A DNA stretch of 64,000 bases, taken from positions 47,988,001 through 48,052,000 of the forward strand of contig NC_135758.1 in assembly GCF_052425735.1 (NCBI RefSeq). Direction: 5' to 3'. Under the pieces are notes generated by a model. That model had not been told where the DNA came from. It did no database searches and worked only from the letters and a program-made list of their open reading frames with translations. Made by a program: the position numbers and the translations under genes. Positions 12,420 through 25,000 of this stretch are shown here, one piece after another (position 1 is the stretch's first letter; each line of letters begins with the position of its first letter). The stretch is from Oculina patagonica. Taxonomy: Eukaryota.

Positions 12420-15400
12420 TCAAGCAGCAAAGAAGCAGACAATAACCACGATCAAGCTTGTAAAGATCGTTCGGTCAATCTGCGCTCTCCAGGCTCCATT
12501 GTAGATCGGCTTACCTAGAAAAGAGAAAAGAAATCAACAGTTATCTTAAGGGCCGGACAATGACATAAGAACTAAACACCGGCCTCAACACAAACAACAA
12601 CGGCAGCGATGAATTTGACATTATCTTGCAAAGCTTACAGTTGGTTAAGCCCTTGAATAATAATGACCTGATGAATTGCGGTTATACAAACTCGCAAAAC
12701 AGGTTTCAAGCAAGATGGACTTACTGGTTGGCGTCATAACAGAGAATCGTGTCTCCATTCCACCTGTCAGATGATTGTTCACGTGACAGTGTAGTAACCA
12801 GTCCCCCACACTGTCAGGCACCATTTCTACAGTCGCATAGATTCCTGGGAAAAGGTCGTATACATCCTCTCGATGAAGTGTGGTTGATTTCTGCAATAGA
12901 CACAGGAACTGAATATTTGCAACATTCGCACAGGGAAGTGCTATAGCTGGGGAAATTTAGCATTTTTATATTGACTTTAAACTTTACCCAAAACGGCTTT
13001 GTTGTGAGAACAAAGTGGCCTGCCAACTGGAAACTTTCCCGTAAAACCCTGGGTAGTGCAAAGCACTACAGTTAAGAGAAATTATTTAAAGTTTGCACTA
13101 TTATAAAAAGTAGATCACTTTAAAAATAACACAAAATTAACGCATGAAGTAAATTAAGGACGTTCGCGCGAAAATTTTCTAGTCGATAGATTTTTTTAAA
13201 AAAATTTACAGCAGTCAGATAATAAGTTACTTGTGTCGAAAATGCAAAAAAAGTGGGGGTCACCGACTTCGCTAAAGAGATAAAGCGTGTGAAAAACTAC
13301 CCTGTTTCTGAAAAATTGGCGAACGCAATTCAACATGGTCTACAGGATTTATAGTTAAAAATGTTGAAGATGAGAAAAAAGAGGCAAATGATCTTAGTCA
13401 TTTTTTGTAGAAGTGGGTCTGTTGCGTAAAAAAATTCTAGTGTTGCCAACTTTTTGTAAGACTTAACCCTGAAAGCGGTATTTTAAACCGTCGTACAGCA
13501 AAACGAAAAGCTCAAAAAAGGCATTCGAACGTACGTGGGACCAAAAAAATAATCGATAGATTTTTTTCATTTTTACGCAAAACGTAGATAATCATCAACA
13601 AAAGTGATCCGTTCAAAAAATGTGGGGGTCACCGACCATCTAAGAGAGTTAATTGCAAGCAAAGTTCACGCGACGACTATCAGCCCTATATGTGCTTAGA
13701 AAATTTCTTCAGCGCGCGCGCTCGTGCATGACGTGGCGTGACGTTGCGACATGAATTATCCCGATGAATTACGTGCGCAGTAAGGATGCGCATAAACAAT
13801 TAGCGCGAACGTCCTTAATGGATGGATATCAGTACAAGGGAGGTGCAATGTATTTTTTGTAGACATTTTATTGCTCTTACATGAATAAATGTCTGTCCAT
13901 GGAAATGCACTGTGTGAACATCAGTCAAATCTCCAAGCCCCATTAAGTACCACTCTACTTTCTCTCCTCTGTACATCTTCAAGCCTGGCAGGTTTCCGTA
14001 GAGAAAACCATTGATCGCATAATTCTGATTACTCTCTTTGAATCCTGCGTCGTTCTTAAGCTGATCTATAGAGCCTGGGTCTGAGCAGTATTTATTTATG
14101 TTGTCATCAAGATACCAGCTTCTGTTCTCGTCAAATGTGGCGAAAAGTAAAAAGAACTCGCGATCAACACCGCGCCGAGAATTATCCTCCTTCAGTGTTC
14201 CCTTTTAATAAGAAAAATAGTAATATGTCAGTGACTTGCATCCTACATGTACACGGGCATCAAATAAACAACAACATACTTGTGCATTCTTCTTCATTCA
14301 TTTGCCTGGCTTCCATTTTTAATAGAAGATCAAATACACAAAAAAAGAAAAAAACAGCCGTTAAAGACAACCACGGAAATCGTGTATATTTTTTTCACTC
14401 TGTAACTTAATGTTAAATTTGATTCACATTCATTGGAAGAGTGAGGAACAGCCCCTTTTGACACATCAAATGCCGCTGTACAATTTACCCATCCCTCCCC
14501 TAGCTAGTCCAGTCCCTGAGCTCTCTCTTTCGCGCGCCCTACATAGGGGTTGAAACCAGGCGTCTCTATGTAGGGTGGGGTTAGGGAGAGTTTAAGGACT
14601 GGACTACCCCACACCCCCTCCCCCACGACCCGTTTATGGTGAGCCCTCCCTGTACAAATCCATTACTTAATCTCGTACCCAGATCTTCTCTCCACTACTA
14701 CTGTGGTTAGTAGACATCTGGGTGCGAGATTAATTCATTACTCTTAATTTGAGTTATAACCTCCCTACCTTATTGCTTTTTCTTTTGCTTTTATTTTTTA
14801 CAAAACGGGTGTTTATATCCTTCTCTTAAATAAATACCTTCTTACAAACAACAAGAGGTCCAACAAGCCCGGTGTAGAGATCTGTGACAGAGTTTGTATC
14901 AGAATAGTATGCCCAGGCCAGGCAGTCAGCGTCATTTTCTGTTGGTCCTGCACGCTCGGGCACTTGCCAGATATATTTGAACAGCTTCCCTGGTGACACA
15001 GCATTATCCACCAGGTCAATACCCTGTGTGCCATCAAGATAATTTGAACCTTCATACTTCTTTCTGTCGAAGAAAATGAGCAAGATATACGGAGAAGTAT
15101 GACATAAGTGAGATTAACCAATGATCTCAAGGTCTTCTCGTTTAGTAGGTCATTCCGTTCTGCAACACTGACATATAAATTTGTTATTTTCTAACAATCT
15201 TGATATAGGCTCCTGGCTTTTTCGACATGTGTGCATTTGCCGTTAAAACTTTACTTTCTTTTGCTTGTCCAGAAAGCGCACCAACCAGCCAAAGTTATTA
15301 TGATCAATAATTGTGATTATTTTTAGACTTATTGCAGCTAAACCGTAACAACTAACTCGGCAATTGTAAGATTTAATTTTACGGGAAAAAGTCGCCGACA

Positions 15401-18400
15401 CATATCATATATCCCCAGTATTTCATTTGAAGAAAAATAGTTGCCTACGCGTCGGCCGATTGTCGGCCGAGTGTCGGGCGACTGTCGCCAACTATCGGCC
15501 AACACGTCGGACGACACGTAGATCGGATCGCATTCGTATACCTTTACCGAAAACAATAGCAAATAGCATTATAACGATCTTAAAAGAAAGTTTTCCCTTA
15601 CTTGTAAAACAGTCCATCAGGATGTACAGAGTAATCTCTACTCGCCATGTTTTTAAATATAACTTCAACAGTGTCTCCAACTTCAGCTCTAATCACCGGT
15701 CCCATAATTCCCAGGTGTTTTTCATAATCAGTTTTTCTTTCCTTCTTCGTTGTGAACGTGGCGTCCGTAAATTCACGAAACACAGCTTTCTTGTATTTAT
15801 GACCAATACGTTTTGGACCATTAATAGTATATGGCCTGGCGTCTCTAACAAACAAACAAACAAACAAAAGGTAAACTGGCTTAGGCTATCATCAATGAAT
15901 CCCTTTTATTTTATCTTCCTGCTCATCAGCTCCGAAACAAGCCGCTTTCTAAAAGAAGGTAGCTTATCAGAGTATGTGTCAATTACATATTGCCAGATGA
16001 TGTGAATAAGTGCTGTTTAAAACTAATGGTATCCGTTATGTGTAAACTGAATTACTATGACTGACACTTTCATAACTTGCTTATTCTTTGCGAAAGTTCA
16101 ATTAATATTTCTTTGCTTGTTAGAAGTACTTTAAGTTTCCTAGTGCTGCAAAACTATCCTTTAGTCAGCCAAGCCCACCAGTTTTAAGTTCTACAGACGA
16201 AAAATGCCTAGAGAACTTTACTTTCCCGTATCGCCATTATCGCTAAACTCACTCGCTATCCTCCAGAGGTTTTCCTCCTAATATATCACGGCCAGACGGT
16301 GTATAGTCCCAGGTCTCCTCCATAGCAGCTATGTAGTAACGCCTGACTTTATCAGTGGTCTGCTCTGACGGCGTTTTCCCACAATCCCCTCGTACTGTGT
16401 ATTTTGATTCCATGCCGAGTGTCAAGTGACTGGTTGTCCTACAAACTATTGCCCATTCCCCCGCGTCATCTGGCGTCATGTATACCGTTGCAAGTGAGCC
16501 TGTAGGTAATTGTTATTAAAAATATATATATTTAGTAAACATGAGATGTAAGCTTGAAAGCACGCTAAGAAATGATTAGATAAATCATTTGACTTAAATA
16601 TGGGAAAATAAAAGTTTCCAAAACATAAGGGTCTCAGTGTCTACATTTGATTTCAACAAAACAAATGATAGTAACATAAGTTCCTCCTAGCCTGCTAATT
16701 AATCAATCATTCCTAAATAAATTGCTCGGGTTAATTAACTTGACAAACGTGATTTCAACTTTCAAGCTGCAGATGTATCCTTAGTGTGTGGCCATTCATA
16801 TCAAAGTGATAAGCTATAAATTAACACTATATGTTGAACCTTGGCATAAATTTTTGGGAGTTAACGGGTTTAAATTTCTTCTCTTGCACAATCTTATTCT
16901 TTCACAACCTCAGCAATCCATGTACTTATGGTTTATTGTCATATCTTTGCAGTTTTCTATGCCAGTCGTTGTTGTCTGTTTGTTTATATTTTCCACACCT
17001 TGTATTTGTCCTACAGCGTCTGTTCTCTGGCCATTGTAGGTAATAGTGTTGCCATAAAACAATGGGCTGTGCATTAATATCCCGCTCATTATATGCCACG
17101 ACACACGATCTCCTCTGCACATGCTCAAACCAGGCTGATTCCCATAAACATATCCATTGATGTCATGCATCTTGGTGCTTTGGATGTACGCCGCATCGTC
17201 TGAAACACAACAAAGCATTTCTCACGAACAACATCAACAGAGAGGGTTCAAGTTGAAGCAACCCCAGTTGTTTATACACCATTTCTGGTTTGATTTGTGA
17301 ATCGATATAGCTAAGGTTAAGAGCCGCAAGAAACAACCTTCTTCACTTCCGGATTTAGCAGCCTTTTGCTACCGTTACTTTCGGGAATCTGCCACTTCCG
17401 GAAACGGGTTACTAAAACTTTAGACCGATCCATCGTAATAAAATAAACCAAAATGTTTTCAACAATACTTCTCTGAAGAAATAAGTCTTTTCAAACAAAA
17501 AAACCAAAAATAAAACTTATTGAAAAGACTTTAACTACGCCTAGTGGTTGGTAAAAAAAAAGCTCGCACCACTTAATGAACAATTTAAATCAGAAGTAAA
17601 ACCAAGAAAAATTATCAGAGTAGGACGGAATAAACTATAAAACGAACATCCAAAGGCAATTAGTTCGTAGAATAAAGTATACATTACTTTCGTCAATACT
17701 GGAAGGATCACCGGACTGGTTTTTATTTTCCTCGTAATACCAAGAACTTCTTTCCAAGGTAACTACAAAATGTAGCACAAACTCTTTGTCCACGTTCTTT
17801 TGCTTGTTATTAGAATCCAGGCTTCCTTTCTTACAAACCAGTAGAGGACCAAAAAGACCTAAAATTTAAAGAGACGCTATTTTAACATGCCCTTTTCTAT
17901 TAATAGACAGTAATCATATAAGTGTAAGTGTTTTCTCATAAACATAAATGACAAACATAATTTCTCACGTTGATAAACCATGTTTTTTTACACTCTTTTA
18001 TTTAAATACCCAACAGTCTGTTGGGAAGCGCAGAGGGGGGCATGATTATCTAATAGTTAGCGTGTTGGCATTTGAGTCAAGCAGTATGTCACTGAAACCA
18101 GGATAAGCTCTGGTAGAATGGGCTATAAGACCTTTACCAACGCCTTGCTTCATTTTTTATTCGTACTACAGCAAATGCGATGCATTTGCAAAAGCGAAAA
18201 CGCAAGTATAAAGGCAAATGTAGTCTTTGTGGAACCTATTCCCTAGGCGTTCTCTCTTTCTTTGGTAACCGCGCAAGACCTGGGACAGGATTGGCGACTG
18301 CTCTTCGGAGACGTCACCGCTCACGATGAAGTCTAGACTCCCTTGAGCCAAGAACGCCTACTAGGGACTACGCTGGTCTATGAGTGCTCTACGTATGTTC

Positions 18401-18989
18401 TAATCATTATAATACCTGCATATCTATCCTTGGTTGGGTTCACACTTGATAGATACATTCTAGTCAAACATTGCGCGTCTGAAGGCCTGGGACCCATTTC
18501 CTCGGGTACAGTCCACTTGTATGTAAAGCTTCCTCCCGGTGAGATTGCGTCATCGTTTTTAGCATCCCCGGATGTACCGTCTTGATACAATGCTCCCTCG
18601 TTTGATTTGTTGTATAGTACACCAATAGGATGAATGCTGTAGTTTTATTGAAGCCTGGGGTTTTCATGATGAGCAAAAACTAGTGCTTACTTCTACTGTT
18701 GTGTACGCTTCTTTTAATTGTAACAATTAGACTACGGGCAAGAGTGTTTTATTTAACAATTAGACGGCAAGAACGAGGTTTCTACCGGCTGATAGTTAAC
18801 GTTGGCGAGGGGCGAAGCTCCGAGTCAACTATCAAAAGCCGGTTGAAACCGAGAGTGAGCCGTCTAATTGTTTTAGCATAACCCAGTGGCTGATCTATTA
18901 AGCGTCTTAAAGTCGGTAGAGTTAATTTTTTGAAGGATTTGTTGAAAAAAATTGCGAACTGAAAACTGAGAGCGCGCTCCGCGAGCCGT

Positions 18990-19025
<36 letters not shown>

Positions 19026-19032
19026 TGAGCAA

Positions 19033-19066
<34 letters not shown>

Positions 19067-22000
19067 CTTGAAAACGAGGGCAGTAGTCTAATTGTTTTAG
19101 TAGAAACTCTAAAGGATTGCAGTCCAAAGCCTACAATATTGTGCACTTTGAAGACAAATATCAAGAAAATTTACCGCTGAAAATTTATCGTTAGCATAAC
19201 CACACTGACCTACTATTGGTAATCGCGCAATCTGATTGGTTTAACAGGTGCCTACTATCGATCCGTAGAAGGCTCTCGGGGCGCGCGCATTAGTCTTCGC
19301 TGATTTTATCAATCAAAACCTTCAATAAATCAACTCTAGCTATATTTTGTGTTTAATAGATCGGTCAGTGGGTTATGCTAACACAATTAGACGGCTCGCT
19401 CTCGGTTTCTACCGGCTTTTGATAGTTGACTCGGGGCTTCGCCCCTCGCCAACTATCAGCCGATAGAAACCTCGAGCTCGCCGTCTAATTGTTAAATAGA
19501 ATCGCGCGTTTTGCCAATAGACAGCCGCTGGGTTATGCTAAGAGAGAATAGTCAAAGAGGCGTAGCCTCGTCAACTACTGAACTTTGAGAGAATATATTA
19601 TACATAATTTTTAAACAAGAGCACACGTAGAATTTTTTCCCGGCACAGCTAGTGGCCTAGCCCAAGTCAGTTTTAGGTCCAAAATCTGACAGTCTGATAC
19701 TCTAAATGAAAACGAGGACGAGTAACCTAATTGTTTTAGTAGATACTCCAAGGGGTTGCATTTTAAAATCAACAATTTTACTGATGTTCTTAGGCCAAAA
19801 ATCAGATCAACTTTCCCCTTTTAGGAGCAACGGCACGAATGAATGAATGAATGAATAACTTTATTATCGTGTCTAAAAATTTTTAGCTGAGGGGAAAAGT
19901 CCCCTCTTTCCTTTTCTCTTTCCCCCCCCCTTCGCACGCTATCGTATTCTACCAGTGCATAAAAAACTAAAGAACACGGCTGAGTTCCTTCTAAAATTCA
20001 AATTCATTTCATATCTACTTGCTTTTTGGAAAACCATCCTGAAGGACGGACTCTAATATTAATGACCCTTTTTGTATACTACAGAATGAGGCCTTTCTTC
20101 TACACCGTACTAATTATGTTGTTTGTTGTTTGTGTCAATGCATTTCTAGCAGCACAGTTGACTTTTTAAGACGCTTAATTAACAGACTGCAGCTAACTTC
20201 TTTAGGAGCTGGTGTAAGACTGACCTTGTTTCGAAAGACCACCTCTATAGTATCCCCAACTTCTCCACGAATAACAGGTCCCAAGGAACCCAAATGGAGT
20301 TCAGGTTCGGTGCGATTTTTCGGAGTGTTAAACGTGTCATCTGTGTATTCAATATACAAAGCCTTCTTGTACTTGCCGCCAATTCTGTCTTCTTTTTGAA
20401 CAAAGAACTGCCGCGACTCGCTAGAATCAGCAATGTAAATCGTAAACATTATTAAAAAGAACAAAATAAGGGATCGTTTATTACCTATGGGATAGGCCTA
20501 GCTATAGGAGGAGCGGGGAGGGGCTGGTGGGATTTGAAATTAGTCCTTGTAATATATAATGACCCTCTCTTCGTCATAGAAATTTTTACCCTGCACCATC
20601 CTCCCTTCCCCGTTATTGTTAAAGTAAAATTAAAACTTGTCGATCTGAACTTAATAATGTCATCTAAAAATAATATTGTAAGTACACTGATTAAAAAAAA
20701 AACTGTTTACCGATGGCACTAGGTTGTTAGTGGGGGTCGACTGTATTCGCAACCCAATAGTTAGTGGGGTCGAATTGATGTTGCTCGTTACATAACAAAG
20801 TAGACCTGGGGAAAAAATGTTTTTTTTTTTTCAGACCCGCATGCAGAAACGCTATTTTAGGCATTTTAATACACGTTTTTGTCTATACAACACTTAAGGT
20901 AAAAATTATTTTGAGTGATCCCCGCTTACACATCATATTTTCGGCCAAAACCCCCGCTTTGAAGTCATGCGTTTGGCATGCTGTCCCTCATTCCACCAAA
21001 TGCCACCAGCTCCCCTACTTCTAAAAAGGAACGATCCCGAAACCTTATAACTCGACTCAGCAATAAAATACAACAAAACAAATAAATAAAAGTATATCTA
21101 CATGGGGAGGTAGGTTTTACTTCACTTTGACAGCGCTTTTTGTATCCTTTCTTACCTTCCTGGCTTTAACAGGTCATCTCCAGTCATTTTGTTTATTCCA
21201 CTTGGCCCATAATTCCACATCTTCTCCTCGGCAGCGATAAAATACTTTCGCGTTTTGCCACCGCTGGCGACTGGCGTGTTAGCATCACGGGCGCATTTGC
21301 TTACGTTAAACAATGCGTACATTCCTCCGTCATAGTTACTGGTTACCATGCAATTTAGAAGCCAAGTTCCCGGATTTACGGCTGTCATGGTTGCTGTTAC
21401 AAATGTGGCGGGTAAAAGAGAAGCAATGCTCCTAAGATGCTTGTCGATTGTAAATGTCTGCCCGTGAAAATACGCTGAAATGAGAAATAATGTACAATTG
21501 ATTAGTTTAGCCCATTGATTCCTAGGATTTTGGCAAGAAAACGGTATATGCCTAATTCTGATTCTTTTTTAAAGAGATTGTACTAAAACGCCACAAAATT
21601 TCACTTGAAGATGGAAACTAACATCCACTTTTACTTTGAAGCGAAGCTTGGTTTTAACTTTAGATAACCTTTTTGTTGTTTTGGGTTTGTTTGTTTTTTT
21701 ATTCTTTTTCTTTTTCTCTCCCTTTCTTTTGTGTTTTTAGGCCTTACAGTTGCTTTTGTTTCCGATGAAAAGCTTTCATCTCCGGGATTTCAAATGTTCA
21801 TTTTAAACTAAAAATACGTGCGCACAGGTCAAGTTTTCTTAGATTTTGATGAAGGAAATTTCTAGGTTATTGATTACGTGTATATCGGGCCCAGTAAACA
21901 ATTAGTTCACCCATCTTACACGTTTGGGCATGCTCTGAAAGACTTGCTAGCTAATAACAGTTGTTAGCTGTTGTTAATTCAAATCTTTCTGGCGTGGAAA

Positions 22001-25000
22001 GTGATGGCGTTACAAGTCGTACAAGAACATGCTCCTTCAAGGCCGGTTCTGTTCAGTTTACAGAAGTCAATGGGTTAAGTAAAGTCGTACATGGGCTAAA
22101 CTGCCCCACACAGGCAGCAAAAACTTATTCTTTTTCCTTAAGCAGCTTGATCCGTCACAATTTCTCAGGTTGCCCTCACGAGTCACCTGTACCTACAGTT
22201 ATACACCTGGCCCCAGTGCTCAAAGGGCGGATAACGTTATCCACCGGATAAATCACTATCCGTTGGATAGCGAAGTAGGTTTTGTATGACAGCCATCCAC
22301 TAGATAGTGATTTATCCGCTGGATAGCGTTATCCACCCTTTGAGCAACTGGGCTCTAGGAGAAGAACACAACTGACATTGACCCTTAACTTATCAGCGCT
22401 CGAGCCAGATTTCTCAATTTGAAGTTAAACACACTAATCATATAGTCCACCGCATCTCCCAATTTGAACAATTATTTGCTAGATGCAAAACGGTTACGAA
22501 ACATCGACAAATATTATAAAAGGAAGGGTTGTCTTTGAGCTCACTGAGTTATCTATTTGCAGAAACAACAAGCGGGCGAGCGAAATACTTGTATAATCGT
22601 TCACAGTAGCACTATACCTGCATGGACGTCGGCGTCAGTGCCAATACCAAACAGGTGCCAGCTTATCTTGTCTCCAACACACATGTCCAAACCTTCCAAG
22701 TTACCAAACACACGTCCATTGATGGAGTACATCTTGTTACTTTTCACAAAGTTGTTATCTGTCTTCTTCTTCATAGCTCCATCAGGATCAGTACAAAATC
22801 GCTTAATGTTTTGATCAATAAACCAGCTCTTGTTCTCATCCATCACAGTGAACAGTAACACAAATTCCTTATCCACATCTGTGCGAGTCAGAGTGTTTTC
22901 ATTCAACGTTCCCTTTTTGCAAGTTAAGATTGCTCCTGTTGACAAGGAAGGTACCGTATTTTGTCGATCAAACGCCGTGTCTCGAATAAATACCGGGTAT
23001 TCAACAATTGCAAGTTCGAGTTGAGTATGAGCCCTTTAAGCATTTATCCTACGTATAATAAGCTACAGACATAATGGCAAGAGTCAAAATAATGAACAAA
23101 ACCCCTTGCTTAGTAAACCACCGAGCTAGAATAAACTGCAGGAGTCAAATAAACGCCGGGTCTACCAAGTTTGAATCAAGTCACTGTGGAGCCCGAGTCT
23201 CGGAGACGGAAATGGAACCGTGAAGTCACGTCAACAATTAAGTATATTGATACACTATACTCACCAATCAAGCCAGTGTTTATGTCATTGACAGGTTTCA
23301 CGTGAGAATGGTAGGCCCAAGTAAGACAGTTCTCGTCATCTTTGGTTGGCGCGTGATTTTCAGGGATTGTCCACTTGTAAACACGGGTCCCATTAGAAGG
23401 CACGTGATCATCCCCTTTCAGGTCTCCCTCAGTGTGATCATCATAGAGAGCTCCCTCTGAGCCCTTTTCATAGAAGACCCCATGTGGATGCATTGTAAAA
23501 GGACGGTTGGCCATGTTTTTGAAGTGAACGTTTAGAGTATCACCAACTTCACCCTTAATTATGGGACCCAGCAATCCTAAGTACTTTGGATGGGGCTTCT
23601 GCTTGGTAAAGGTCTCATCCGTGAACTCTCGGTAGAGCACCTTGCGATAGACCCTTCCTATCCTGTGAGGACCTCGTACGGTGAACCGGGAGCCATCACT
23701 GGGAAGAGAATTTTATACTGAATATAATATACATGCATGTCCGACTAGGGCTTAACTTGTTACAGAGAATGAAATTCCCGTGGCCTTAGGCTGTACTAAG
23801 GCCTGCAAGCAAGAGAGGTAAAGGAAGTGTAAAAGGGTATAGCCTCGGCGTGTCCTGCGGCACCGATTCACTTGACTTGCACGCTACTTCTCATCTTGGT
23901 TAGCTGTTAATTAGACCAGAACGAACGTGGGCTTTGGGAACGAGAATGGTTTTAATAGATGTTGGCCGCCAGGAAATCCTGGTTCCGGGTGCGATTGTGC
24001 GCGTGCGCCGGAGATTGTGGATGAAATGAACAAGTTTTCAACAGCCATGCCGTGTTTTTCGGGGGCTTTCAGACTATTCAAACGTGTTATAACGCAATGT
24101 GCATTACCCACAGCTGCATCCGATCTCGAGCCCAGAGGTCCCCATCCCTGGCGCAGACCAGAAGGATCGCGGCTGGGGACGGATGGAAGCAGGGCGCGCA
24201 GGGAGCCTCACAGCCTGTAGAGAGGCGAAGCCCCCACGAGGTGCTGTGAGGGCCTGACCACACTCGAAAGTTAGGCACCCGCAGGTGGGGGCGGAGTGAG
24301 AAGAGGTGATGATGCGGCAAAAAATGATGATGATCCGCAAGGCCACCGTGCTCAGACGAAGATACATGTTTGACCTCGACCGAGACCCGGGGAAGTCAAC
24401 TATGAAGTAAATGTAAATTAGTAACCGTCAGGTTGACGAGCGTTCATGCGTGAAGCATGTTGACGAAAAATATGATTTTATAAATATCCCAAACTACTAA
24501 AAAAAGTTTTTTTTACTTTCCCTCGCTTTGTTATGCTGTTCCCGAACTAAAGGAACAGGAATCTCACTCGGCTAACCTGTAAAATAAACCTGCCGTGGCA
24601 CATAGGGCAGCATTCTTGCATGTGATCAAAGAAAGAAAATCTCTTCGATTCTATAGGTGTTTTCACACAGGGGACCCAAACGCTGTACTACAGTTATTCA
24701 TAATCTTAAAATAAAATTGTTCTTATTTACCTGCTTTTCAGTGTCTTTTATCACCGGTTTGGGGGCGATTTGAATCAGAGCGAAGGCGGTTTACGTTGCG
24801 AGTTTTAAACGTTAAACAGTTAAAAGAAAACTTGAGACATAATTGAGGCGCGTCGTATTGACATTGCGACAGACCGACTGCCGTTTAAAACTCGCAACGT
24901 AAACCGCCTTCGCTCTGATTCAAATCGCCCTCAAACCGGTGAAAAAAGACACAGGAACGCAGGTAAATAACAACAAATTTATTTTAAGATTATGAATAAC

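Noticed and set aside
15915-15945. CTGATGAG on the minus strand as a hammerhead core
   Set aside because: No stem II or GAAA partner.
15427-16005. 192-aa plus-strand ORF and other antisense ORFs over the ferroxidase, QTRT1, C9orf78 and GPCR exons
   Set aside because: Shadow ORFs of real exons or MITE sequence; no recognisable motifs.
18030-18110. Possible tRNA-derived SINE head; similar trace at ~32860-32930
   Set aside because: Too degenerate to support by eye.
23900-24420. GC-rich patch with several short ORFs and stems, considered as a structured ncRNA
   Set aside because: No RNase P/MRP, snRNA, tRNA or ribozyme core found. Part resembles a MITE end and the rest a decayed TE coding tail.
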